Below, piece after piece: positions 9,748-19,200 of a stretch of 64,000 bases of DNA (position 1 is the stretch's first letter; each line of letters opens with the position of its first letter). Source of the stretch: Larkinella insperata. Its GTDB lineage: Bacteria; Bacteroidota; Bacteroidia; Cytophagales; Spirosomataceae. The translations under genes and the position numbers were made by a program. Where the stretch lies: NCBI RefSeq assembly GCF_026248825.1, contig NZ_CP110973.1:2111668-2175667 (forward strand). The letters run 5' to 3'. Under the pieces are notes generated by a model. The model was not told the origin of the DNA. It saw nothing but the letters and a program-made list of their open reading frames with translations, and ran no database searches.

Positions 9748-11124
9748 TTACGGCCGGATGATGGTTCCGTCGGCTTTGCGGACCTGCCAGTTTGATTTGG
9801 TCGTGATCGGATATTTGGCCGCTTCCTTCTCGTTGATGTCCACGCCCAGTCCCGGCGCTTCGTTGACCGACATGTAGCCTTTGTTCATCGTCGGGCAGCC
9901 GCTGAACACTTCCTTCATCTTATCCGAAAACTGCACGGCTTCCTGAATACCGAAGTTCCAGACGGCCAGATCGATGTGGGCGTGGGCCGAGTGACCGACC
10001 GGCGATACGTCGCCCGGGCCGTGCCAGGCCGTGCGGATATTGAACCACTCGCCCAGCCGGGCGACTTTCATGGCGGGCGTAATACCGCCAATCTGCGAAA
10101 CGTGAATTCGAATAAAATCGAACCACTGGTTCACCATCGGCTCTTTAAACTCGTTGATGTTGTTGAACAACTCGCCCATCGCAATGGGTACCGAGGTGAC
10201 CTGACGCAACTGCGCGAACCACTTCATGTTTTCGGGCGAGAACGGATCTTCAATGAAGAACGGCCGGTAGTCTTCCAGCTTTTTGATCATATTGATGGCA
10301 TCGATCGGCTGAACGCGCTCGTGAATGTCGTGCAGCAATTCAATCTCCTCACCGCATTGTTTACGAACTACGTCAAACATCTTCGGCACCGATTTGAGGT
10401 AGAGCTGCTCGTTCATGTAATTGTCGGTAGCTCCTCCAAAATTGGCGGCTTTGAAGTCGGGCTGGCTGTTGCTCGCATTGGCCCCCACGGCCCCGTAACC
10501 GCCCTGCTGGATGCGAATGTATTTATAGCCCTGCTCCATGAATTTTTTCACGCTTTCGGCGGCTGCTTCGGGGGTATTACCGCCCGCGTGGGTATAGCAC
10601 GGAATAGCGAACCGGGCTTTTCCACCCAGCAGTTGATACACCGGCATGTTGGCCCGTTTGCCCTTGATGTCCCACAGCGCCTGATCCAGCCCGGAAAGCG
10701 CGTTGTTCAGCACCGGACCGTTGCGCCAGTAGGAGCTGACATAAGCCGCCTGCCACATATCCTCGATGTTGTCCACATCTTTGCCCACACAAAATTCATT
10801 CAGGTACGTATTGATGGCCACAATGACCACGGCCGCCCGTTGCGTAAACGTGGCGCAGCCCAGGCCGTATAAGCCGGGTTCAGTGGTTTCGACTTTGACA
10901 ACAATCAAATTGGAACCCTGCGGAGCGGTGGCAATGGCTTTGACAGACTTGATTTTAACCGGAGCCAGCCCTTTGGCGTACTGGGGAGTTCCCTGCCGTT
11001 CGCGGGCTTCGGCGTTGGAAATACCCCCGAACAAACCCAATAGACCGGCTGACGAGCCAAAGCCTATCTTTTTCAACGTCTCACGACGGCTGTTGAATTC
11101 GGCGGGGTTTTCGATTTCTTTCAT
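9748..11124 (-). CDS. Tat-signal-bearing enolase-superfamily (mandelate racemase/muconate lactonizing enzyme-like) enzyme, possibly an acid-sugar dehydratase
   Basis: 458 aa. Twin-arginine motif SRRETLKKIGFGSSAGLLGLFGG. The N-terminal capping domain (KIKSVKAIATAPQGSNLIVVKVETTEPGLYGLGCATF) and TIM-barrel region are typical of MR/MLE members. Confidence 0.6.
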   Translation of the reverse strand: MKEIENPAEFNSRRETLKKIGFGSSAGLLGLFGGISNAEARERQGTPQYAKGLAPVKIKSVKAIATAPQGSNLIVVKVETTEPGLYGLGCATFTQRAAVVIVAINTYLNEFCVGKDVDNIEDMWQAAYVSSYWRNGPVLNNALSGLDQALWDIKGKRANMPVYQLLGGKARFAIPCYTHAGGNTPEAAAESVKKFMEQGYKYIRIQQGGYGAVGANASNSQPDFKAANFGGATDNYMNEQLYLKSVPKMFDVVRKQCGEEIELLHDIHERVQPIDAINMIKKLEDYRPFFIEDPFSPENMKWFAQLRQVTSVPIAMGELFNNINEFKEPMVNQWFDFIRIHVSQIGGITPAMKVARLGEWFNIRTAWHGPGDVSPVGHSAHAHIDLAVWNFGIQEAVQFSDKMKEVFSGCPTMNKGYMSVNEAPGLGVDINEKEAAKYPITTKSNWQVRKADGTIIRP

Positions 11125-11198
11125 GATTCAGGAATTAAAGGTTTATCAACAAAATGTACCTACAAAAGCATCAAAAGACGTTTCGTTACTGTTGGACT

Positions 11199-13406
11199 TC
11201 ACGGTAGGGCGAAGGCAATGTATGAACCTCCCGGCTTATGACCATTTTTTACGCCACCGGCGGCAATAACGACATACTGTTTACCAGCTACTTCGTAGGT
11301 AATCGGGGTAGCAAACCCGCCCGCCGGAAGCTGGTATTCCCAGACGATTTTGCCCGTTTTTTTGTCGAACGCCCGGATGCGCTCGTCTTTGGTTCCGGCG
11401 ATGAATAGCAGGCCACCCGCCGTAACAATGGGGCCGCCGTAGTTTTCGGTGCCCGTAACCGGAATGCCTTTTTTGGTCAGTTCGGGAAATTCGCCCAGCG
11501 GCACCCGCCAAAGATATTCGCCGGTGTTCAGATCGATGGCGTTGAGCGTGCCCCAGGGTGGCTTGACGGCCGGATAACCGTTCGGGTCGAAAAAGCGGGT
11601 GTAACCGTTGTTGATGTACGGCGGAATGTACGGAAACTCGGTGTTTTTATCGGTTTGAGTCAGAACCGGGGCGTTGTGCTGATCCTGGCTTTCGGCGGGT
11701 TTGGGTTCGGGCGCTTTGGTATCGGCGTTGAGCAAATACCGAATCAGCGTAAAGCGGTCCTGGTCGGAAATGTGCTGGAACGACGGCATTCGGCCCCGGC
11801 CGGATTTCAGCACGGCGTTGATTTCGGGAGCGGAAAGCCGTTTGCCAATATCCACCAGGCTGGGGTACTCCTGCCCGCTGCCCTTGCGGTCGGGGCCGTG
11901 GCAGGCCATGCAGTTCGCCTGGTAGATGGTTTTTCCCTTGGAGGCAATTTCGGCGTTTCGGGTTGCCAGATCCGACATTTTCAGGTCCCAGACCATTTCG
12001 TTGGAGTTCTGGTACAGAATACCGTCCGGGTCCGACGCATTACCCCCCCATTCGGCCCCCCCGCCGATCCCGAAAAACAGCGTTCCTTCCAGACTGGGCG
12101 GCATAAATTTGTCACCGGAGCGCGTCTTCAAAAACCGCTCTTTAACGAATTTGTGCGCTTCGGGCGTCAGGTTCGTAATGTCGGCTTCGGTAAAGACCTG
12201 CCGGGCAAAGGGCGCGGGTTTGATCGGAAATTTCTGCGTGGGCCACGGCACTTCGCCGGGTAGGGCGGGCGAGGTAGGCACCTGGCGTTCTTCCACCGGA
12301 AACAGTGATTCGCCCGTATCGCGGTTCAGCACGTACACCAACCCGTCTTTGGTTGTTTGGGCGACAGCGTCCACCAGGCGGCCGTTGTGCTTCACCGTCA
12401 TCAGGTTGGGCGGGCAGGGAATGTCGCGGTCCCAGAGGTCGTGGTGAATGGTCTGGTAAAACCACTTCATCTTGCCGGTTTCCGCGTCCAGCGCCAAGAT
12501 GCAGTCAGAATACAGATTTTGGCCCGCGCGAATACCGCCGTAAAAATCGACAGATGGGGAGCCGGTTCCAAAATAGACGGTTTTCCGCTTTTCGTCGAGG
12601 ACCATGCCGGCCCAGTTGTTGGCACCCCCGATGCGCTTATAGGCGTCTTTCGGCCAGGTTTCGTAACCCGGTTCGCCCGGTTGCGGAATGGTGTGGAAGA
12701 CCCACAGCACCTTGCCCGTGCGAATGTCGAATCCCCGCACGTGGCCCGGAGCCGCGTCGCCCTGCTCCGAAACCGTCGAGCCCATCACCAGAATGTCCTT
12801 GTAAATCACGCCCGGGGTGGTAGACGTTACGGACACTTTGCTCATGTCCCGCTTCGATTCATCATCCAATCCCTGCCGCAAATCCACTTCGCCGTTTTTG
12901 CCAAACGAGGCCACGGGTTCGCCCGTGAGGGCGTTCAGGGCATAAAGCGTTGAACCAGCCGTATACAGGATGCGTTTGTCTGCCCCGTTTTCCCAGTACA
13001 TGACGCCCCGGCTCTGGTTGAAGCGCGGAGATTTGTCTTTGAACGGATTGAAAATCCAGCGTTGCTGGCCGGTTGCCGCATCCAGCGCAAATACCTTCAG
13101 CATGGGCGTGGTGCCGTACAGCATACCATTGATGACGATGGGCTGGCACTGGATTTCGAGTTGCTGACCGGATGGCCCGTCTGCTCCGGCGGCATTATAC
13201 GACCAGGCCACTTTCAGGTTTTTGACGTTTTGGAGATTGATCTGCTTGAGGGACGAATAACGGTTTCCGGCCTGATTACCCCCGTAAGCCGGCCAGTTTC
13301 GTCCGCCCGGCTGATCCCGAACGCCCGTTCCCGGCAGGGGAGCGATGGACGAACTGCTTCCCATCAGGAGCCACAGCCCGACTACGATTGGTTGCGCATA
13401 TTTCAT
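11199..13406 (-). CDS. PQQ-dependent beta-propeller dehydrogenase with an internal c-type cytochrome domain (quinohaemoprotein)
   Basis: 735 aa with a signal peptide. PQQ propeller repeats sit at both ends (NLKVAWSY... and ...GKIVWEYQLPAGGFATPITYEVAGKQYVVIAAGG). A CxxCH haem-binding motif (CMACH, residues 499-503) lies in an about 80-aa cytochrome c-like insert before the last blades. Confidence 0.7.
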   Translation of the reverse strand: MKYAQPIVVGLWLLMGSSSSIAPLPGTGVRDQPGGRNWPAYGGNQAGNRYSSLKQINLQNVKNLKVAWSYNAAGADGPSGQQLEIQCQPIVINGMLYGTTPMLKVFALDAATGQQRWIFNPFKDKSPRFNQSRGVMYWENGADKRILYTAGSTLYALNALTGEPVASFGKNGEVDLRQGLDDESKRDMSKVSVTSTTPGVIYKDILVMGSTVSEQGDAAPGHVRGFDIRTGKVLWVFHTIPQPGEPGYETWPKDAYKRIGGANNWAGMVLDEKRKTVYFGTGSPSVDFYGGIRAGQNLYSDCILALDAETGKMKWFYQTIHHDLWDRDIPCPPNLMTVKHNGRLVDAVAQTTKDGLVYVLNRDTGESLFPVEERQVPTSPALPGEVPWPTQKFPIKPAPFARQVFTEADITNLTPEAHKFVKERFLKTRSGDKFMPPSLEGTLFFGIGGGAEWGGNASDPDGILYQNSNEMVWDLKMSDLATRNAEIASKGKTIYQANCMACHGPDRKGSGQEYPSLVDIGKRLSAPEINAVLKSGRGRMPSFQHISDQDRFTLIRYLLNADTKAPEPKPAESQDQHNAPVLTQTDKNTEFPYIPPYINNGYTRFFDPNGYPAVKPPWGTLNAIDLNTGEYLWRVPLGEFPELTKKGIPVTGTENYGGPIVTAGGLLFIAGTKDERIRAFDKKTGKIVWEYQLPAGGFATPITYEVAGKQYVVIAAGGVKNGHKPGGSYIAFALP

Positions 13407-13445
13407 GGTTGTTTACTGAAGAATTGAAAAGGGTTTAGGAACGGT

Positions 13446-14432
13446 TTACTTGACGGATGCGGTTTTGGGCAGCTGGTAAAATTCGTACGAGATCGTCCAC
13501 CGAAACGTCTGGCCCGGCCCGGCGTTGACCTGGATGTAGGGTTCGGGGCACACCGTGGTGGGGATGGACCAGAACGCCAGTTGAACAATCGGTTTGTCGC
13601 CCACAACCCGGACGCCCGACCCGCTGCTGCGGTTTTCAACGCGGAAGTCGTAGTCTTTGGCCGAGTCGCCGAAACCGGTCAGGTAGCAGTGCGTGCTTTC
13701 ACCTTTGGGAAGTTCTTTCAGGTAGACAAAACGGTTTTCCTGAATGTCGGCCAGCGTACCGATGCCGCGCGTGGGTTTGACCTGAAGCGGGAAGGGAAAC
13801 GTAACCGATACATCCGGCCCGGTGGGCTGGTGGTCCATCACAAAAAAGTTGTGGTTATACACCGTCGTCGCGATGGGTTTCTGCCCGGTGTTTTTCAGGC
13901 TGTGCTCCAGCGTCAGAACGGGTTTGCCTTTGAGCAGCTTGACGGTTTTCTGGTAATGATAGGAATAGCCAGCGGCATCAGTCAGCGCGTGGGTGAAAAC
14001 CACGGCGTCACGCCGGGTTTCGACGGTCCACGTTCCGGGGTTAACAAGGGCGTACGGCGCGGCAAATCGGTACGGCATGTCTTTGACTTTGCGTAGCGAA
14101 CCCACCCCAATTTTCAAAAACTCGTCGCCCGGTTTGGCTTCTTCGTACCCGATGGGCGTAAATTCTTCGACGGGGCCGCTGATGGCGTCGTGCAGTTTCG
14201 GGTCGTATTTCTCGAACCACTGACCGAAATACGAATGGTCCTTGTAATTCAGGCTGGCCAGCACGCCCGACCAGTCGAACCGGACGCCCTGATAGTATCC
14301 GTTGGCCGAGTCGGGGAGGTAGAGTTTGGCGCGAAGAATGCCGTTGGAAATTTCGACTTCCGGGAAGGGCGGTTTCAGCGTTGTGCTTACCAAGCCAATC
14401 AGTACACCAACAAAAAGGACTATTTTTTTCAT
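13446..14432 (-). CDS. Secreted hypothetical protein (beta-rich, about 300 aa mature)
   Basis: 328 aa. Signal peptide MKKIVLFVGVLIGLVSTTL. I recognise no motif. It sits between SusD and the PQQ dehydrogenase with 13-40 nt spacers, so it is probably co-transcribed. Confidence 0.5.
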   Translation of the reverse strand: MKKIVLFVGVLIGLVSTTLKPPFPEVEISNGILRAKLYLPDSANGYYQGVRFDWSGVLASLNYKDHSYFGQWFEKYDPKLHDAISGPVEEFTPIGYEEAKPGDEFLKIGVGSLRKVKDMPYRFAAPYALVNPGTWTVETRRDAVVFTHALTDAAGYSYHYQKTVKLLKGKPVLTLEHSLKNTGQKPIATTVYNHNFFVMDHQPTGPDVSVTFPFPLQVKPTRGIGTLADIQENRFVYLKELPKGESTHCYLTGFGDSAKDYDFRVENRSSGSGVRVVGDKPIVQLAFWSIPTTVCPEPYIQVNAGPGQTFRWTISYEFYQLPKTASVK

Positions 14433-14518
14433 AGGTCGAAACGTAAATCCGGAGGGGTGAGGGAGAACGGAGCAGCGCCCAGTAGGCCACTCCGTTCGTA
14501 ATCTGATGGGCTTACGGC

Positions 14519-16264
14519 CTAATACCCGGGATTTTGCTTCATGCTTGTGTTGGAGTTGATCTCGTCAATGGGGATCGGCTGGGCGTAATCGGTGGCTTCC
14601 CACTGAATGGTTCCGCCCCGAACCCGTTGGTAATAAGCGGCTTCCTGCGGACCCAGCTGCCAGCGTCGCACGTCGATCCACCAATGGCCTTCGCCAAATA
14701 ATTCGGCCCAGCGTTCGTATTTGAGCGGGTCGTTCTTCAGGACCGGATCAGGCGCTTTCGTAACGTCGGTCAGGCTTTTGTAATCCACCGGCGATGCTCC
14801 GTTGACCGGATACCCGTAGGCCCGTCGTTTGACCTTGTTGATATATTCCAGCGCCGTGGCGTTGTCGCCGGTCTTGGTGAGCGTTTCCGCATAAAGCAGG
14901 TAAACGTCGGCCAGCCGCAGGAGCAGAATGTTATTGCCGTTGGCCATGTTGACCTCGGTTTCCGTCGCGTCGAGGGTCAGGTATTTGCGGAAACTCCAGG
15001 CTTCCATGTCCATTTCACTGATGTCGAGGAAGTGTGAAAGAGGCCGTTTGCGGGTGCTGACCACCATGCTATCCACGTACGGCTGCCAGCAGGACACCCA
15101 TAAACGGGGGTCAACGGTTTTGGCCTGACGGGCCTGGAGCGAGCGGGTAACGTAGGCCGGATCAACGTTGGTGGCCAGTGGCTGCGTAGTACCGGCTTTG
15201 AAATAGTGGCCTTCGTTGAAACCGAAGCGGGCGATGTTTTTAGCGTGCGGAAACACGTTTGACCAGGCCGAAGCCGCGGGCAGGTTGTTGTCGCCCACGT
15301 AGGTCGGAGCCAGCACCATACCCATGCTCGAACCCGTGGACGTTTCCGTGTTGCCGCGCGCGGTCATGTCCACGTTCAGGTTCATTTCCACCAGCGATTC
15401 CGAGTTGAACTCGTTTTTGCCGTTGAACATATCCTTATAAACATCAAACGAAACGAGCGATTTGCCGCTGTTGTTGATCACGTCGGCCAGCGAAGTTTTG
15501 GCGTTGTTCCAGTCCTGCGTATACACGTAGGCTTTGCCCAGCGCGGCTTTGACGCCCCACCCGCTGATCTTGTGTTTTTCGTTGGCGCCCGGCCAGGTTT
15601 TTCCGGCCAGCAGGGTTTCGGCCGCTTTCAGATCGCTGATGATGAAGTCCCAGACTTCCTTGACCGTGGCCCGCGGCACCTGCGTCTGGTCAAGGCTCGT
15701 GGCCGCTTCGGTAACGATCGGCACGCCCATCTTGTCACCGCCTTGGTTGTTGATGATGAACGATTCGCCCCAGATCGTGATCAGGTACTGATAATACCAG
15801 GCCCGCAGAAACAGCGCCTGCCCTTTGATCAGGTCGAGGGATTTTTTATCAGCTTCCAGGGTAACTTTCGGACGGATTTTTTCAATGTTGACCAGCAGCG
15901 TATTGGCCCGTTGGACGCCCTTCCAGGTATCGCGCCAGGTTTCCGACAGAAAGCCGTCGTTGGGTTGTGAGTTGTTCTGCGCCAGTTGAATCCAGGTTGG
16001 CGTGCCCTGCCAGCTCAGGTCGGCGGTGTGATCCCACATGTAGTAGCCTTTGCCGTAGATGTTGTGCCCGAACAGGCCCGCCGAGTGCTGCGTGCCGTAT
16101 ACGCCCGTCAGCAACTGCTCCAGGTCCGTGAGGGTATTCGGGTAGTTGTTGGTCGACAAGGCCCCGGGGTTGGTTACGTCAATGAAATCTTCCTTACAAC
16201 CCGCCAAACTGATCAGGGTTAGAAAGAAGGTTAGTTTGAGAAATGACTTCATGGTATGAAACAT
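14519..16264 (-). CDS. SusD/RagB-family outer-membrane lipoprotein
   Basis: 581 aa. Lipobox LISLAGCKEDF; the start is possibly the internal Met at 16252. SusD-like TPR N-terminus. Lies directly after a SusC gene. Confidence 0.8.
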   Translation of the reverse strand: MFHTMKSFLKLTFFLTLISLAGCKEDFIDVTNPGALSTNNYPNTLTDLEQLLTGVYGTQHSAGLFGHNIYGKGYYMWDHTADLSWQGTPTWIQLAQNNSQPNDGFLSETWRDTWKGVQRANTLLVNIEKIRPKVTLEADKKSLDLIKGQALFLRAWYYQYLITIWGESFIINNQGGDKMGVPIVTEAATSLDQTQVPRATVKEVWDFIISDLKAAETLLAGKTWPGANEKHKISGWGVKAALGKAYVYTQDWNNAKTSLADVINNSGKSLVSFDVYKDMFNGKNEFNSESLVEMNLNVDMTARGNTETSTGSSMGMVLAPTYVGDNNLPAASAWSNVFPHAKNIARFGFNEGHYFKAGTTQPLATNVDPAYVTRSLQARQAKTVDPRLWVSCWQPYVDSMVVSTRKRPLSHFLDISEMDMEAWSFRKYLTLDATETEVNMANGNNILLLRLADVYLLYAETLTKTGDNATALEYINKVKRRAYGYPVNGASPVDYKSLTDVTKAPDPVLKNDPLKYERWAELFGEGHWWIDVRRWQLGPQEAAYYQRVRGGTIQWEATDYAQPIPIDEINSNTSMKQNPGY

Positions 16265-16292
16265 CGTTTTTCAACGGGTTAAGGTCTGGTGA

Positions 16293-19200
16293 TTAGAAAC
16301 TGGCGTCGATGCCCAGCGACATCAGCGTGGTGCGCGGGTAGGAATAAATCGCATCGATACCGCGGCCGGTGGTGCCATTGCGTCCGAGTACTTCGGGGTC
16401 CATGCCGGTGTAGTTCGTCAACGTCATCAGGTTCTGGCCCTGCACGTAAATGCGGATGCTGCTCATCTTGATTTTGCTCGTTACGGCATTCGGGATGGTG
16501 TAGCCAACCTGCAAGTTGCGCAGTTTCAGGAAAGAACCGTTTTCAACGTAGTAATCGGAAATCCGGGTGTAGTTGGAGTTCGGGTCGCGGACGTAGTTGC
16601 CGGATGCATCCGTATACCCAACGCGCGGACGATCGGTCAGCCCGTTGCCGTTGAAGAACGATGTCTTGAAAATGTCGCCCGTGGTGTTGTAATCGCCCAC
16701 GAAAAACTGGGTGTAATACCGGTTGGCGTTATATACATCCACCCCCTGAACACCCTGCAACAGCGCCGACAGGTCGAAACCTTTCCAGCCCAGATTCAGC
16801 GTCAAACCGTAGGTCATTTTGGGCCAGGGATTACCAACGTAGGTTTTGTCGTCAATTGTAATCCGGCCGTCGCCGTTGATGTCCCGGAAGCGCAAATCAC
16901 CCGCCCCCGTTCCGGCGTTCTGGTAAAAAACACCCGTGGTGGGTCTTCCGGCGGCTGCGGCTTTTTCCTGCGCCTGCTGGTTGAGGGTCGCTACTTCCGC
17001 GTCGCTTTGGAAAATACCGTCGGTGACATAGCCGTAAAACTGACTCAGCGGGTAACCGGCCTGCGTGCGGGCAATGGTGCTTTCCAGGTAATCACCGCCC
17101 GCGCCGTCGTTAATCGGGTTGTTGTTGGTACCGCTCAACTGCTTCACCAGGTTCTTGTTGAAAGCGGCATTGGCGGCAATGCTGTAGGTGAAACCGCCTT
17201 TTTTACCCCGGTAATCGACGGCCAGTTCAAGCCCCTTGTTGCTCATCTGACCGATGTTCGTGTACACGCGGGAACCCGAAAAACCGGCTGAATTGGGGAC
17301 CGGCACCTGATAAATCATGTCCTCGGTCTGGCGGCTGTACCAGTCGATAACCAGGTTCAACTGGTTGTTGAACAGGCCTATGTCGGCGCCTATGTCGGTC
17401 TGTTTAACTTCCTCCCACTTGATGTTTTCGTTGGGCAACTGCGCCGTCAGCGCATACCCTTTGGCGCGGTTTCCATCCGGCAAGCCGTGGATGTTTGTGC
17501 CGCCTGTTCCGCCGTAGGATGCCTGATACGTAAATTGCGGAATGTTGCTGGTGCTGCCCAGTTTTCCGTAGCTGGCCCGCAGTTTCAGCGTTGACAGCAC
17601 CGGGATATCCCGCATGAATGCTTCGTCGGTCACGCGCCAGCCCACCGAGAAAGACGGAAAGACGCCCCAGCGGTTGGCCGGACCGAAGCGGTCGGAACCG
17701 TCGCGCCGGACGTTGGCCGTCAGCAGGTATTTTCCGGCGTAGGTGTAGTTGATCCGGCCAAACTGCGACAACAGCCGGGTCTGCGGGTATTCGCCCCCAC
17801 TGGCGCGGTACGTGCTCGGGTCGGTGCTCAATCCCAGGTTGTACGTAATAATCTGGAAGCCCTGCGCTTCGGCGTAGAGGTTGCTGAGGTCCTGCTGAAA
17901 CGCTTCGTAACCGGCCATCGCCTTGAACTCGTGCTGACCAATGGTTTTGTCGTACGTCAGCACGAAGTTGGCGGTCAGGTTGCGCTGGCTGGTTTGCTCC
18001 CGGCTTAAATACGCGATCGGGTTTCTGACCACCCCAAAATCGTGGGATTCCCGGAAGGTATAATTCCGCCCGCTATAGATCGACGCTCCGAAAGTTGAGC
18101 GCAGATTCAGGCCCTTGGTGATTTCCCAATCGGCGTAAATGTTGCCTTCCAGCGCGTATTGGTCGTTCAGACGGTGGTGAATATTTTCCCAGCCCACCAG
18201 GTTGGGGCCGGTAAAAAACGAACCGGTTTTGGCCCAGCCACCATACGGGTTTGTTTCGTCCCGAAGGGCGACCAGTGGGGCCGAACGAAAGGGGAACGTC
18301 GTATTTTGTGCGGGGTTGGTGCTGGTTTTCCAGGCAAACAACGTTTCACCCACCTTAAACCGTTTGTTGATTCTAAAATCCGCGTTGGAGCGCAGTCCGT
18401 AGCGTTCGAACGAGTTGTCGATGATGGTGCCGTCTTCGCGCTGGTAGTTGGCCGAGAGGTAATAATTGGCCTTGGCCGATGCACCCGCCAGCGAAAGCGA
18501 ATAGCTCTGCTCTTTGCCGTTCCGGAAAATTTCGTCCACCCAATCGGTGTTTGGCAGGCTGGCCGGGTCGCCCCAGCCGTTGGTATTGACGCCCGATGCT
18601 TTTTTGGCCGTAATGTAATCCGTCGTATTCAGCATCTGGTAGAGGTTCCGGGGTTGCCGAACACCATAATAGGCATTGAAGTTGATGTTCATTTTGTCCA
18701 TGCCGCCCCCCCGTTTGGTGGTAACCAGTACAACCCCTCCGGCTGCCTGCGCGCCGTAAATGGCGGCTGCGCTGGCGTCTTTCAGCACTTCAATGGATTC
18801 GACATCCTGAAGGTTGAAGTTGTTGCCCGCGCCCATCCGGATACCGTCGACGATGTACAGCGGAGCCATCCCGCCAATGGAGCCAACGCCCCGGATGACG
18901 ATGTCGGAGCCACCACCCGGCGTTCCGTCCGGACGGGTTACCTGTACCCCGGCGGCCCGGCCCTGTAAGGCTTCGTTGACGCTGCGAACCGGCAGGTTCT
19001 TTACTTCGGCGGCTTTGACCGACGAAACCGATCCCGTTAAGTCCGACCGTTTCTGCGTACCGTAACCGACCACAACCACTTCGCTGAGGTTTTTGGTATC
19101 AGTCACCAGACTCACGTTAATCTCCGTGCGGTTATCAACGGCAATTTCCTGTGACGTATAGCCGACAAAGCTAAATACCAGAATGGCGTCGCCGGTCTGC

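Noticed and set aside
8435-10872. Plus-strand ORFs 8435-9016, 9032-9877 and 9976-10872, opposite the phosphoesterase and MR/MLE genes
   Set aside because: They are antisense to minus-strand genes that carry clear Tat signals and catalytic motifs. They have no recognisable domains and low-complexity Arg/Val/Gly-rich sequence.
11655-13427. Plus-strand ORFs 11655-12263, 11926-12447, 12305-12953 and 13062-13427, opposite the PQQ dehydrogenase
   Set aside because: They are antisense to a 735-aa gene with propeller repeats and a CxxCH haem motif. Their translations are Arg/Pro-rich nonsense typical of high-GC antisense frames.
16289-16471. Short plus-strand ORF 16289-16471, and the many other 60-100-aa ORFs in the track
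   Set aside because: They overlap confidently assigned genes in other frames or on the other strand, and they lack start context and conservation signals.
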